From contig CAWJVX010000007.1 in the NCBI GenBank assembly GCA_963846435.1, positions 88,817 through 152,816 on the forward strand: a stretch of 64,000 nucleotides of DNA. Direction: 5' to 3'. Position numbers and translations under genes: made by a program. Below, in pieces: positions 1 to 10,168 of this stretch; position 1 is the first letter of the stretch, and every line of letters begins with the position of its first letter. The stretch comes from an uncultured Gemmatimonadales bacterium (lineage in GTDB: Bacteria > Gemmatimonadota > Gemmatimonadetes > Gemmatimonadales > GWC2-71-9). The notes under the pieces are model-generated. The model saw only the letters and a list, made by a program, of their open reading frames with translations, ran no database searches and was not told the DNA's origin.

Positions 1-886
1 TGAAGCGCGGAGGAATCAGCAGCGGATACTGCGCCAGCGCCCAGCCCCAGAAGATGAGCGAGACCTGAAGCCCAGCCGCCAGCCGCGCCAGGCGAAACCG
101 CCGAAACCAGAGCGCCGCCAACGCAGCAATGGCGCTGGCCCCGGTAGCGAGATGCAGCGGGATCGCCCAGGGCGAAGCCATCAGCCCGGTCGTCACCAGA
201 GGGGCCACTCCCCTCGAGAGCAACAGAACCAGGGCCGAGGCCAGGAAGACCGCGATGCCGGACCCAAGGGCCCGGCGCCGGAAGTCCTCGCGCAGGTCGT
301 GATCGTCGGTTTCCAGGGTCAGGAACACCGCGGCCAGAAAGGCGAAGAGCGCCAGGGCGAGCAGGCCGACGCTGAACGCAAAGGGAGTGAGCCACGGCTC
401 GACATACCGCGGCACGAAACCGCCGGAAGGCATCCTGCCCGACGCGGCCCGAGGCTACCGCCCCGATCGGCTACCCCGAGCAGGATCGGGGTGATGACGC
501 TCGCGCTGGAGAAGATCCGACCCCAGCGGCGCTGAGCGGCGTCGCGCTGGCTGTCGTAGGTACGGAAGGTGAAGGCCGAGCCGCGCAGCACGATGCCCGA
601 TCAGCATCAGGGTGAGCGGAATGTGGAGCACAGTGCCCAGCCGGGCGGCGACCGGCGGAAAGCAGCTGAAGGTGAGCACGATGGCAAAGATGAGCCAGAC
701 ATGATTGGCCTCCCAGATGGGCCCGAGCGCGTGCGCGATCACCTCGCGCTGGCGGGCGCGACGGGGTCCTGAGGCCAGCAGGTCCCAGACGCCGCCGCCG
801 AAATCGGCGCCGCCGAAGAGCACGTAGGCGTTGAGCGAGAGGGCCAGCAGCGCGGCCATGACCTGGGGTAGCCCGAGCTCAGACAC
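1..886 (-). pseudogene. cydB: cytochrome bd-type quinol oxidase subunit II; 3' end lies beyond window start; frame broken at least 3 times
   Basis: ORF 455..886 begins MSELGLPQVMAALLALSLNAYVLFGGADFGGGVWDL...GPIWEANHVWLIFAIVL (CydB-type N-terminus). The continuation GSAFTFRTYDSQRDAAQRRWGRIFSSASVITPILLGVA is in the 319..591 frame. My translation of the reverse complement of 1..480 gives further hydrophobic CydB-like segments in shifting frames, ending ...LQVSLIFWGWALAQYPLLIPPRF. The ATG at 886 overlaps the cydA stop by 8 nt. Confidence 0.8.
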
Positions 887-2223
887 GAGGCACCGTCCGT
901 GGCGTGTAAGTCCGGCTCCACTCGGTGGGGGTCGGGCTCCGGATGATCTGGCGATAGAGGAGCCAGACCACGATCACCCCCAGAAAACAGTAGAGCAGGG
1001 TAAACAACAGGAACGGCACGATCAGTCCGGGCATGGGCGTCACCGCCTCGGCGGTCCGGAGCACACCCTGAATGACCCAGGGCTGCCGCCCGACCTCGGT
1101 CACGGTCCAGCCGGCCTCGATAGCGATAAAGCCCATCGGTGCGCCCAGCACGATGGCCTGGAGCAACCGTCGGTTGTCCACCAGGTCTCTCCCTCGAAGC
1201 ACCGTCCATCCAGCCCAGAGCGACACCAGCGCCATGTAGGTGCCCAGCGCCACCATGATCTGAAAGGCAAGATGTACGATCGGCACGTTGGGCCAGTCCT
1301 CCCGGGGGAAGTCTCTTCAGTCCTTTCACCACGGCGTTGGGATCGTGGAAAGCCAGCAAGGAGAGCCCGTAGGGGATCTTGATGCCATAGCGGACCGTGC
1401 CGGCGTCCACATCGGGCCAACCCCCGACCGTCAGCGGCGCGGATGGCATGGTCTCGAAGTGGGCCTCCATGGCCGCGAGCTTGACCGGCTGGCGGGACGC
1501 CACCTGGCGGGCGCTGATGTCGCCGGAGATCGGCTGGAGCACTGCCGCGGGTGCGCCCAGCATGAGAGCGATGGTCAGCGCCCGGCGGTGAAACGCATTG
1601 GTTGAATCGAAGAGCAGCAGGAACGCGTGGATCCCGGCCACCGCAAAGCCGGTGGCGGCAAACGCGGCCAGGGTCATGTGCAACGTCTGCTGGAACGCGG
1701 CGGGGTTCAGCATGGCCGCGATGGGATCGACGTTGGTGACCTGGCCGCCGATGATCTCGAATCCGGCCGGCGAGTTCATCCACGCATTGGCGGTCACCAC
1801 GAAGATTCCCGAGGCCACCCCGCTCAGGGCCACCGCCACTCCGGACCAGATGTGCGCCAGAGGAGAGATCCGGTCCCAGCCGTAGAGATAGATCCCGAGG
1901 AAGATGGCCTCGGTGAAGAAGGCAAAGCCCTCCAGAGAGAACGGCATCCCGATGATCCCGCCGGCGTACTCCATGAACTTCGGCCACAACAGGACCAGCT
2001 CGAAGGACAGCACCGTTCCCGAGACGGCGCCGACCGCGAACAGGATCGCGGTCCCTTTCGACCACCGCTTGGCCAGCTCGAGATAGATCCCGTCGCCGGT
2101 CTTCTGCCAACGCCGCTCCGCGATGACCATCAGCACCGGCATGGCGATCCCGACCACGGCGAAAATGATGTGGAAGGCGAGCGAGACGGCCATCTGGGAG
2201 CGGGCGGCGAGGAGGTCGGACAT
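879..2223 (-). pseudogene. cydA: cytochrome bd-type quinol oxidase subunit I, one frame break near 1290-1310
   Basis: MSDLLAARSQMAVSLAFHIIF...GMPFSLEGFAFFTEAIFLGIYLYGW... is CydA-like. The C-terminal 135 aa (PIVHLAFQIMV...EVGRQPWVIQGVLRT) sit in ORF 879..1286, a different frame. The junction reads ctgaagAgacttcccccgggaggactggcccaac. Removing one A restores VKGLKDFPREDWPNVPIVHLAF. A start at ATG 2223 is preferred over the alternative start codon at 2259 used by the ORF track. Confidence 0.88.
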
Positions 2224-2356
2224 GGAGCAGAAGGTATCTCGGAACGTCTCAAGTCGCACCGGGGAGCGTCATCCGGCTGAATCTTTTCCCATACCCCCGC
2301 AGTAGAGCCTCATAAGGACCATCGTAGACAATCCATCTTCAATCGCTGGAGGTTAC

Positions 2357-3823
2357 ATGTCGCAACGCTGGGGTCGATCGCGACCGGTGCTCACCGCTGT
2401 CGTCCTGGCCTCGCTCGCGGGGTACGGTTCGGCGGCAGGGCAGGGAGACGGCAAGATCCCCATCACCACCTCATCGGCTGAAGCAAAGCAGCAATACGTC
2501 AAGGGCCGGACCCTGGCCGAGAACCTCAGGGGTCACGATTCCCGCCAGTTCCTGGGGCAGGCCGCAACGAAGGATCCCAAGTTCGCCCTGGCCCACTACA
2601 GCCTGGCCCTGAGTGCACCCACCGCCAAGGATTTCTTCGACCACCTGAAGCACGCCGCCGCGCTGGCCGACAAGGCGTCGGAAGGCGAGCGGCTGATGAT
2701 CCTCGGCCTCCAGGCCGGTGCCAACGCCGACACCAAGGCCCAGCGAGACCTTTACGAGCGGCTGGTCGCCGCCTATCCCCGCGATGAGCGGGCGCACTTC
2801 CTGCTCGGCGGTGCCTACTTCGGGCAGCAGGATATGCCGAAAGCCATTCAGGAGTACCGGAAAGCGGTGGAGGTTGCGCCCGATTTCGCGCCGGCTTACA
2901 ACCTGCTCGGCTATGCCGAGCGCCAGGTGGGAGAATTCGGGGAGGCGGAGCGGGCCTTCAAGAAATACATCGAGCTGATACCGGGCGATCCCAATCCCTA
3001 CGACTCCTATGCCGAGCTGTTGATGAAGATGGGCCGGTTCGATGAGTCCATTGCCATGTACCAGAAGGCGCTGGCAACGGATCCCAACTTCGCTCCATCC
3101 CACCTCGGCATTGCCAACAACCTCATGCTCCAGGGCAAGCACGACGCGGCAAGGGCGGAGACCTGGAAGCTGCAGCAGGCGGCACGGAACGACGGCGATC
3201 GGCGGGGGGCGCTGTTTACCTCCGCGGTAACCTACGCCGACGAGGGAAAGTTCGAACAGGCGCTGGGCGAGCTGAAGAAGGAGTACGCGGTGGCCGAGAA
3301 GATCAACGATGCCGCGGCCATGTCGGCGGATGTGGTGGCCATGGGCGACGTGCTGCTGGAGGCCGGCAAGGCCGACGAGGCCCGGAAGCGCTACCTCCAG
3401 GCACTGGAGCTGGTCCAGCAGTCGGATCTTTCAGCGGAGGTGAAGGAGGACACCAAGCTGGTCCACCACTACAACCTGGGGCGGGTAGCGGTGCGCACCG
3501 GTGATCTGGCCGGGGCCAAGCAACACGCGGCGACGTTCATGAAGGGCGCCACCGCCAAGAAGAACGCCGCCGAGACCCGGCAGTCGCACGAGCTGGCGGG
3601 GACCATTGCCCTGGCGGAGAAGAATTTCGACCAGGCGATTGCGGAGCTGACCCAGGGGAACCAGCAGGACGCCTATACGGTGTACCGCATGGCCCTGGCC
3701 TATCAGGGGAAGGGAGATCAGGCCAAGGCTGCCGAACTGTTCGAGAAGGTAGCGAACCAGAACTCGCTGCCGGCGCTCAACTACTCGTTCGTGAGGGCGA
3801 AGGCGAAGAAGATGAAAGCCTGA
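2357..3823 (+). CDS. secreted tetratricopeptide (TPR) repeat protein
   Basis: Signal-like N-terminus VLTAVVLASLAGYGSAAGQ. Repeated 34-aa A/Y/L-rich units, e.g. AIQEYRKAVEVAPDFAPAYNLLGYA and SIAMYQKALATDPNFAPSHLGIAN. Confidence 0.8.
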   Translation: MSQRWGRSRPVLTAVVLASLAGYGSAAGQGDGKIPITTSSAEAKQQYVKGRTLAENLRGHDSRQFLGQAATKDPKFALAHYSLALSAPTAKDFFDHLKHAAALADKASEGERLMILGLQAGANADTKAQRDLYERLVAAYPRDERAHFLLGGAYFGQQDMPKAIQEYRKAVEVAPDFAPAYNLLGYAERQVGEFGEAERAFKKYIELIPGDPNPYDSYAELLMKMGRFDESIAMYQKALATDPNFAPSHLGIANNLMLQGKHDAARAETWKLQQAARNDGDRRGALFTSAVTYADEGKFEQALGELKKEYAVAEKINDAAAMSADVVAMGDVLLEAGKADEARKRYLQALELVQQSDLSAEVKEDTKLVHHYNLGRVAVRTGDLAGAKQHAATFMKGATAKKNAAETRQSHELAGTIALAEKNFDQAIAELTQGNQQDAYTVYRMALAYQGKGDQAKAAELFEKVANQNSLPALNYSFVRAKAKKMKA

Positions 3824-3880
3824 GGGGTCGGGAGTCGGGAGTCAGGCGTCAGGAGTTCTTGACTCCCGACTCCTGACTCC
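3824..3880. terminator. bidirectional hairpin built from GGGAGTC heptamer repeats and their inverted copies, between convergent genes
   Basis: ggggtcgggagtcgggagtcaggcgtcaggagt - tcttg - actcccgactcctgactcc. It begins right after the TGA at 3821-3823 and overlaps the last codons of the minus-strand MOSC gene. Confidence 0.5.
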
Positions 3881-4307
3881 AGACTACCTCATCCCCCACC
3901 GTTATCTCGCCACTGTCCAGTACTTCGGCAAACACGCCGCCGCCCCAGTTCACCTCGAGTGCGGCGCGAAGCCCCTCGAGAGCCTCATCCATCCGTTCGC
4001 ATGGCCTCGTTTCACCAGCGATGCGGAGGCGGCACTCTCCAACCCGAAGTATCCGATCGCGGCTCTCTGCCAGGCGGATCCCGCTGACCAGGAGGTTGGC
4101 CCGCCGTGCTCCCGGCGAGATGGACGCATTCAACTGCCGCATCAACCCGTCCCAGACCTCTCGTTCGATGAGCGTCACCTGGCGGCGCCGGCCCTGGTCG
4201 GCATTGCCGACCAGACCCCGCCCTGCCACCAGAGTGCCGCTGGTGACTTGGTCCATCGGTCCCCGATGAGCCCGCTTGATCCAGATTGCTTCGAGAGAAC
4301 CTGTCAT
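3849..4307 (-). CDS. MOSC domain-containing protein
   Basis: [21 protein letters not shown]...[22 protein letters not shown]...[11 protein letters not shown]...[19 protein letters not shown] matches the MOSC beta-barrel pattern with its conserved Cys. ATG 4307 is preferred to the longer ORF start at 4367. Confidence 0.8.
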   Translation of the reverse strand: MTGSLEAIWIKRAHRGPMDQVTSGTLVAGRGLVGNADQGRRRQVTLIEREVWDGLMRQLNASISPGARRANLLVSGIRLAESRDRILRVGECRLRIAGETRPCERMDEALEGLRAALEVNWGGGVFAEVLDSGEITVGDEVVWSQESGVKNS

Positions 4308-4356
4308 CGTCCTTACGTGGTGATAGAAAAAAGAACATGAAAGGTATTGACGCACC

Positions 4357-4382
4357 TGCGAGTGCAATTGCTGTCACTCGCA
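4357..4382. promoter_or_regulatory. perfect 8-bp inverted repeat TGCGAGTG-N10-CACTCGCA, with an internal GCAATTGC palindrome, in a divergent intergenic region (candidate operator)
   Basis: Read directly: tgcgagtgcaattgctgtcactcgca. It lies in the relatively AT-rich spacer between the MOSC gene (minus) and the 4616 operon (plus). Confidence 0.3.
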
Positions 4383-4615
4383 ATTAGCCGCGGAGTGCAC
4401 TTTGCCGCAACGCGGTCGCGATGCACGGCTACTCCCGCCATCGGCTTTGAAAGCCCACTCTTTGCACCCAATCGCAACTCTGCTGCTCCCAACCGGTAAC
4501 TCAAGCCGCAGGCCGTTTTCTGCATCTTGGGCACATGGCTTGCGCTTCCCACCACGAATAGCAAACCCCCAAGTCACAAACTTGTTCCTCCGCCCCGCCA
4601 GGAGGGAATACGCTC

Positions 4616-5866
4616 ATGCAATCGTCCTTTGGCAACGCGCCGCCGGAGCAGTGGAGCTGGATGGTCACCCAGCTATGGAACTGGATTTGGTCCGGGATGT
4701 CGTGGATCCTCGACCTCCAGCAGATGGTCTTCGGCTATATCCTGGGTGGTGAGTCCCCAGCCGTAATCGTGCTCAAGGCCGTGCTCCTCCTCCTGCCGGC
4801 GGCCGTGCTCATCGTCAGCATGTGGGCGATGATGATATCCCTCTATACCCTTCCGTTCCGCTCCGGCCGGGGCCACTTCCTCACCGCGCTGCTGATGTCG
4901 TGGTGGGACGTGGGCCGGATGGGGTGGTTCTACTGGGCCGGCATGGGCCGGTTCCTCTTTGTCCTGGCCGGCTGGATCGGGAGCCTGATCCGGGCCTTCG
5001 TCCGGCTGACCTGGAACGGCATCAAGGGCGCGCTGAACTCGCCCTTTGCAGTGCTCGACTGGACCTCGCGCCGGTACTTCCAGCCCGGAGTACCATGGCT
5101 GGCGTTCCTGCTGCTGCTGCTCTGGTCGGCACTGGAAGCGACCATCTTCACGTTCACGCTGCGTCCGACCATGAACGAGCTGCTGGCCGACCTCACCGGG
5201 TTCGAGCCGAATCCGATCATGCTGTCGGCGCTGCTCTACATCTTCCTGTTCTTCCTGGTGGGCGGAAGCTTCGCCTGCGTCCAGGCGCTGAACGACGCGA
5301 TCAAGAGCAAGCAGTACGGCACCATCGTCTCGATGGTGCTCATCGAGAGCGTGGTCGCGATGTTCGAGGTTCTCTTCCTCTATCGCGAGCTGGTTGACGC
5401 GATCACCCCGTGGATGGCCCAGCAGGGGTTCAACCTGGGCATCGCGGGTACTCTAGCGCTGGCGTTCGGCGGCTGGCTCGGTGTGCGCGGCATGACCTGG
5501 TTCCTCTTCGGCCGCTACGGCACGCCGGCGCTCATCGCCGTGCTGGCACGCGAGACCATCAGCCGCGAGGGCGGGAACGTCGATATGACGCCGCCGCGGC
5601 AGCCCGATTTCTGGCGCGCTCCGATCACGGCGCTGAAGGCCGAGGTCGACTGGTTCAAGAAGGAAGGGCGCGAGATGTTCGAGCTGCTGACCCTGCCGGT
5701 GCTACAGCTGCTGGCCGCGGGGTTCAACTTCTGCCTCGTGCTCCTGCTGGGGCGGCCGCTGTTCACCTTGCCGTTCCGCTCGCTGGATGAGGTACTTGCC
5801 GCCACGCCGCTCAGCATGGAGCGGAAGCCGGCGGCTCGCACGGCAGTGCCCCAGGCGGCCGCATGA
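4616..5866 (+). CDS. multi-pass integral membrane protein, function unknown
   Basis: 416 aa with many hydrophobic helices (AVLLLLPAAVLIVSMWAMMISLY, WLAFLLLLLWSALEATIFTF, LSALLYIFLFFLVGGSFACV...). AGGAGGG sits 11 nt upstream of the ATG. The stop overlaps the next start (ATGA at 5863-5866). No family recognised. Confidence 0.7.
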   Translation: MQSSFGNAPPEQWSWMVTQLWNWIWSGMSWILDLQQMVFGYILGGESPAVIVLKAVLLLLPAAVLIVSMWAMMISLYTLPFRSGRGHFLTALLMSWWDVGRMGWFYWAGMGRFLFVLAGWIGSLIRAFVRLTWNGIKGALNSPFAVLDWTSRRYFQPGVPWLAFLLLLLWSALEATIFTFTLRPTMNELLADLTGFEPNPIMLSALLYIFLFFLVGGSFACVQALNDAIKSKQYGTIVSMVLIESVVAMFEVLFLYRELVDAITPWMAQQGFNLGIAGTLALAFGGWLGVRGMTWFLFGRYGTPALIAVLARETISREGGNVDMTPPRQPDFWRAPITALKAEVDWFKKEGREMFELLTLPVLQLLAAGFNFCLVLLLGRPLFTLPFRSLDEVLAATPLSMERKPAARTAVPQAAA

Positions 5867-6609
5867 GGGGCGCGCTGCGGGCAGCGGCCCTTGCCGGGCT
5901 CGTGCTCGGGTGTACCCCGCCCGAGAACGCGCCGCCGCCGCGCTCGACAATGGTCATTGGCCTGGACGTGTCCGGGTCGTTCCGGAGCGGCGGCAACTTC
6001 GATGACGCCATCGAGTTCGCCTCACTCTACATCTACGCTCACATGAAGGGCTTTCAGGACCTGCGCCGGCCCACCGACGTGTTTGTCGGCACCATGGGCG
6101 GCCAGCGCACCGGGGAGGCCAAGACCTTCCATCCGATCCAGGACCTGAGCGGGAAGACCCCGGCTCAGATCTCGGCCAGCCTCCGGGCCTGGTTTCCGGA
6201 GACCGACCCGATCACCGACTACAACGCATTCTTCGAGCGCGTCGCGGTGCACGTGCAGCGGCAGAACCTCACGCTGGCGCCGCTCAGTATCATCATGTTC
6301 TCCGACGGCGTTCCCGACATCCCCGGCGCCAAGGGAGACGATCTGTACCGGCGGATCAACATGACGCCGCTGGAGTACCTCTCCCGCAGCGTCACGGTGC
6401 GCCTGCTCTACGCGTCGCCCAAGGTGGCCCAGCGGTGGGAAAAGCACGTGCCGCGTAAGCGGGTCCGGCTCTGGACCCAGGATGCGGACGTGATGGAAGG
6501 ATGGCGTCGCCATGTGGTGGCGACGGCCGCACCCGAGCGGCAGGATTCGCTCTGGTCCTGGATGAAGAACGTGGTCGATTTCCGTGTGAGACGCGGGAAG
6601 GTGCTGTAG
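5863..6609 (+). CDS. lipoprotein with von Willebrand factor A-like (MIDAS) domain
   Basis: Lipobox LAGLVLGC. MIDAS-like VIGLDVSGS followed later by IIMFSDG. Translationally coupled to the upstream membrane protein. Confidence 0.7.
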   Translation: MRGALRAAALAGLVLGCTPPENAPPPRSTMVIGLDVSGSFRSGGNFDDAIEFASLYIYAHMKGFQDLRRPTDVFVGTMGGQRTGEAKTFHPIQDLSGKTPAQISASLRAWFPETDPITDYNAFFERVAVHVQRQNLTLAPLSIIMFSDGVPDIPGAKGDDLYRRINMTPLEYLSRSVTVRLLYASPKVAQRWEKHVPRKRVRLWTQDADVMEGWRRHVVATAAPERQDSLWSWMKNVVDFRVRRGKVL

Positions 6610-6638
6610 TAACAGAAGCGTATACGCGGTGAGCAGGA

Positions 6639-6684
6639 AGCGGTGAGCGGGAGCGACATGCCCGTCTCACCGCTTGCTGTTTTT
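6639..6684. terminator. stem-loop plus T5 run between convergent genes
   Basis: aagcggtgagcggg - agcgacatg - cccgtctcaccgctt, followed by gctgttttt. The left arm is part of a GCGGTGAGC direct repeat (6626-6651). Confidence 0.6.
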
Positions 6685-6687
6685 GCC

Positions 6688-7230
6688 CTACGGGCTCGAC
6701 GGTTGGCGTCGCTCCATGAGATCGTCCCGCACCCCGAACCCGTAGCGCTCGTAGAAGCGCCGGCTGCGCGCGGTGGGCCACAGGAAGATCGCGTCTACAC
6801 CCAGGTCGTCGCAGGTTTGCAGGCAGGCGGTCATGAGGCTCGATCCGATGCTCTGGTTCCGTAGCTCAGGGAGCACATAGAAGCTGCTGATGTACCCATG
6901 CCACTCGGAGTGAGCATTCGGGTTGGGCAGCTTACTGATCAGGCTGAGCCATAGAGTCCCGGCGAGCCGGCCGTGACCGACGGCGACCCAGCATCGCCAC
7001 GCCGTTCCCGGTCTCAGCTGCTCCGCCATCCAGGCGGTACACCGCTTCAGGAACTCCGGCTCCGGCTCCGCCGGTGCATCCGACTCGGTGCGGAAGCGGT
7101 AGCGGAGACGCGCCAGCTCCCGGGCATCCCCGGGATCGGCCACTCGAATCAGGACGGCGCCCGCCGAGCCCACGAGGGCCTCTACTCGTTGTCTTCCAGG
7201 GTGAAGCCGATCTTGAGCGTAACCTGCCAA
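6688..7230 (-). CDS. GNAT family N-acetyltransferase
   Basis: [18 protein letters not shown]...[49 protein letters not shown] is a typical acetyl-CoA binding core. The true start may be the GTG at 7173, which would avoid overlap with the dodecin gene. Confidence 0.8.
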   Translation of the reverse strand: MAGYAQDRLHPGRQRVEALVGSAGAVLIRVADPGDARELARLRYRFRTESDAPAEPEPEFLKRCTAWMAEQLRPGTAWRCWVAVGHGRLAGTLWLSLISKLPNPNAHSEWHGYISSFYVLPELRNQSIGSSLMTACLQTCDDLGVDAIFLWPTARSRRFYERYGFGVRDDLMERRQPSSP

Positions 7231-7397
7231 TGCGCCACTCGCCCACTCTCGATGTGTCCCCGGCTATCCAAGACCTGAAACCAGCGGAGGTTGCGCACTG
7301 TTTCGGACGCCTTGGCGATCGCCTTCTGAACCGCGTCCTCCATGCCCTTGGATGAGGACCCCACCAGCTCGATGGTCTTGTATATGTGGTCCGGCAT
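7182..7397 (-). CDS. dodecin family flavin-binding protein
   Basis: 71 aa: [69 protein letters not shown]. Full-length resemblance to dodecins. Confidence 0.85.
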   Translation of the reverse strand: MPDHIYKTIELVGSSSKGMEDAVQKAIAKASETVRNLRWFQVLDSRGHIESGRVAHWQVTLKIGFTLEDNE

Positions 7398-7550
7398 TTG
7401 AACCCCGCAGGTTTATGGGATTGGCTGACTTGCGCTGCCCTAACTTAGCCCATCGGGAAATTCCCCGAGCATATTCCGGCGGGGCAGGCTGCAACCTTTC
7501 CGCGATCGAAGGCGTTCTATCTAGTAGGACGGACATTTTCGGAGCGGGCC

Positions 7551-7703
7551 ATGATCAGCTGCAGCTACAATGGATGGGGCGACCTCCCCGAGGAGGAACG
7601 AGAGGCAGAGGACATCTTCGAGGCCACAAGGACTTTCCCGGCCGACAGGCCCGCCGTCCGGGCACTTCTCCCCCGCACGGTACCCCAGCGCAAGGCGGCC
7701 TAG
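7551..7703 (+). CDS. candidate 50-aa protein in the long region upstream of dps (unsupported by homology)
   Basis: My own translation: MISCSYNGWGDLPEEEREAEDIFEATRTFPADRPAVRALLPRTVPQRKAA. GGAG lies 6 nt upstream. Third codon positions are mostly G/C, as in neighbouring genes. Below the 60-aa cutoff of the ORF track. Confidence 0.25.
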   Translation: MISCSYNGWGDLPEEEREAEDIFEATRTFPADRPAVRALLPRTVPQRKAA

Positions 7704-7877
7704 ATCCCTCCTCTGGAGCCACCCAATCACCCCGGTCCTCCCCAGTGACGGCCGCACCGCGCGCCGCAGTCAGAACGTCGATAGTTGCTTCCATGCTGCC
7801 GCTACCATATCTGTAAGTGAGAGAGCTGGCCCGGCTCACGCCGGGCGCGACTTTTACGATTTAGAGGAGTGATACCA

Positions 7878-8489
7878 ATGCTTCAGAAGACCACGGCATC
7901 GAGCTCTTCCACCGCCACTGCTCCGGGCAGGCCGCGTACCTCCGAGACTGGAGCCGCGCAGGCCGGGCGTAAAGGCGAGTCACGGGGTCTCTTTCCCACC
8001 AAGAACGATCTGCCCGAGGCAACCCGGGTCCGGGTGGCAGCGCTGCTCAACAAGCGGCTAGCCGACTGCATCGACCTCCAGACCCAGTGCAAGCAGGCTC
8101 ACTGGAACGTGAAGGGCCCCACCTTTATCGCCCTGCACAAGCTGTTCGATGAAATCAACGAGGATGTGGAGGCGTACGTGGATCTGCTGGCGGAGCGAGT
8201 GGTACAGCTCGGAGGGATCGCGGAAGGGACCGCCCGCATGGTGGCGCAGCGCACCACACTGGACGAATACCCGGAGGCTATCGCCAGTGGCGAGGCCCAC
8301 GTGGACGCGCTCTCGTCGGCCCTGGCTGCATTTGGGAGCGCCGCCCGCAAGGCCATCGACCAGGTGGACGAGCTGGAAGATGCCGACACCGTTGACATCC
8401 TGACCGAGATCTCTCGCGGCACCGACAAGTGGCTGTGGTTTGTCGAGGCCCATCAGCAGGGCGAGAGCGAGGGTCAGAGCCGGAAGTAG
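7878..8489 (+). CDS. dps: Dps family DNA-binding ferritin-like protein with long Ser/Thr/Ala-rich N-terminal tail
   Basis: AALLNKRLADCIDLQTQCKQAHWNVKGPTFIALHKLFDEINEDVEAYVDLLAERVVQLGG. GAGGAG lies 8 nt upstream of ATG 7878. Confidence 0.9.
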   Translation: MLQKTTASSSSTATAPGRPRTSETGAAQAGRKGESRGLFPTKNDLPEATRVRVAALLNKRLADCIDLQTQCKQAHWNVKGPTFIALHKLFDEINEDVEAYVDLLAERVVQLGGIAEGTARMVAQRTTLDEYPEAIASGEAHVDALSSALAAFGSAARKAIDQVDELEDADTVDILTEISRGTDKWLWFVEAHQQGESEGQSRK

Positions 8490-8545
8490 GACCGATCGGA
8501 CGGTCTCCCCGACGCCGGGGCTCGACGCGAACCGGTTGCCGCGGT

Positions 8546-10168
8546 CTAGCGCCGGCCCCGCTGCTGCAACGCCTGGTTGATCGTCTCTGACAACACCCGG
8601 GGTGGAATGGGTTTCTGCAGGAAGGTCAGGTCCTTGAACCGGTCCGCACCTCGCAGCTCGACCTCACGTGGGTGGCCCGACATCCAGACCACCAAGAGGT
8701 CCGGGTAGCGGCGAGCCAGCTCTTCGGTCAGCTCCCGGCCACCCATCACCGGCATCACCACGTCGGTGATCACCAGATCCACGGCACCGCCCACCTGCTC
8801 CAGGAACTTGAGGGCCTCCTTTCCGTCGCGCGCCCCGAGTACTTCGTAGCCCTCACCCTGTAACATCCGCGTCACCACCGTCCGCACCGAGTCCTCATCG
8901 TCCACCACGAGGAGCCGCGCCCGCAATCGGGTCCGCACGTTAGCCGGCGACCCCGGGACGCGGATGGGGGCCGGCTCTGCCGTGAGCGGCAGGAGGATCC
9001 GAAAGGTCGTGCCCCCACCGACGCGACTCGCCACCTGAACCCGGCCTCCGCTCTGAGACACGACCCCCTCGACCGTTGCGAGGCCCAGACCGGTTCCCTG
9101 TCCCACCTCCTTGGTGGTGTAGAACGGCTCGAAGATGTGGGGCAGATGCTCCGGCTGGATCCCCTGGCCGGAGTCCGCGACGGTAAGCGCGGCATACCCG
9201 CCCGGCTCCACTGGAATCCCCAGCCGGTCGAGCATCTGGCCGGGGCCTACCTCGAGGGTCTCGGTCCCTAGGGAGAGCTCACCGCCCGCAGGCATGGCGT
9301 CCCGGGCGTTAATGACCAGGTTGAGCACCACCTGTACCAGCTGGGCCCGGTCCACCTTCACCCACTTGGGGCCCGGCGACAGCGAGGAGATGATCGCCAG
9401 ATGGCTGCCCATGAGCCGCCGCAGCATGGGGAGGGTATCCTCGATCGCTGCGTTGATATCGAGCGTTTCGGGGTTCAGCACCTGTTGGCGGGCAAATGCC
9501 AGGAGCTGGCGGGTCAGACTCGCCATCCGTTCGACCGTCTTCTGGACCTCCATCAAGTCCTGCCGGCCGGCTGCACCCAGGCCGGTGTCCCGGGCAATGA
9601 AGTGGGCAAAGCCGCTGAGGGCGTGGAGCTGGTTGTTGAAGTCGTGCGCGATGCCGCCGGCGAGGGCGCCCAGCGCTTCCATCTTGGCCGCTTGCCGCAG
9701 CGACTCCTCGGCTCGTTTGCGGGCGGTGATGTCTCGCTTGATCGAGGAGGCCCCGACGACCGTCCCCGAGGCATCACGGATCGGGGAGATGGACAGCGAG
9801 ATGGAGATCCGGGTCCCGTCCTTCCGCTGTCGGGTGGTCTCGAAGTGTGCGACGTGCTCGCCCCGCCCAATCCGCGCCAGAATGTCCCGTTCCTCAGCAT
9901 GTAGCTCGGGCGGTATCAGCAGGTAGACCGAGGAACCGATCATCTCCTCCGCCGAGTATCCGAAGATCCGCTCGGCGGCGCTGTTCCAGCTCATGATGGT
10001 GCCCTGGAGCGTCTTGCTTACGATGGCGTCGTCGGAGGATTCGATGATGGCCGCAAGCCTAAGCGCGGCTACCGAGGCGAGATCGAGTTCAGGCTTTTTG
10101 CGGGCGAAGAAAGGCAGACTCGGTCTCCACTGACGGACGTGGAAAGGAGTTAGCTGGCTGAGGCACAA
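8546..10168 (-). CDS. PAS-domain hybrid sensor histidine kinase with C-terminal receiver
   Basis: PAS (DDAIVSKTLQGTIMSWNSAAERIFGY), H-box IAHDFNNQL, LNLVINARDAM, DSGQGI, GTGLGLA, receiver LLVVDDEDSVR...DLVITDVVMP. Confidence 0.88.
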   Translation of the reverse strand: MCLSQLTPFHVRQWRPSLPFFARKKPELDLASVAALRLAAIIESSDDAIVSKTLQGTIMSWNSAAERIFGYSAEEMIGSSVYLLIPPELHAEERDILARIGRGEHVAHFETTRQRKDGTRISISLSISPIRDASGTVVGASSIKRDITARKRAEESLRQAAKMEALGALAGGIAHDFNNQLHALSGFAHFIARDTGLGAAGRQDLMEVQKTVERMASLTRQLLAFARQQVLNPETLDINAAIEDTLPMLRRLMGSHLAIISSLSPGPKWVKVDRAQLVQVVLNLVINARDAMPAGGELSLGTETLEVGPGQMLDRLGIPVEPGGYAALTVADSGQGIQPEHLPHIFEPFYTTKEVGQGTGLGLATVEGVVSQSGGRVQVASRVGGGTTFRILLPLTAEPAPIRVPGSPANVRTRLRARLLVVDDEDSVRTVVTRMLQGEGYEVLGARDGKEALKFLEQVGGAVDLVITDVVMPVMGGRELTEELARRYPDLLVVWMSGHPREVELRGADRFKDLTFLQKPIPPRVLSETINQALQQRGRR

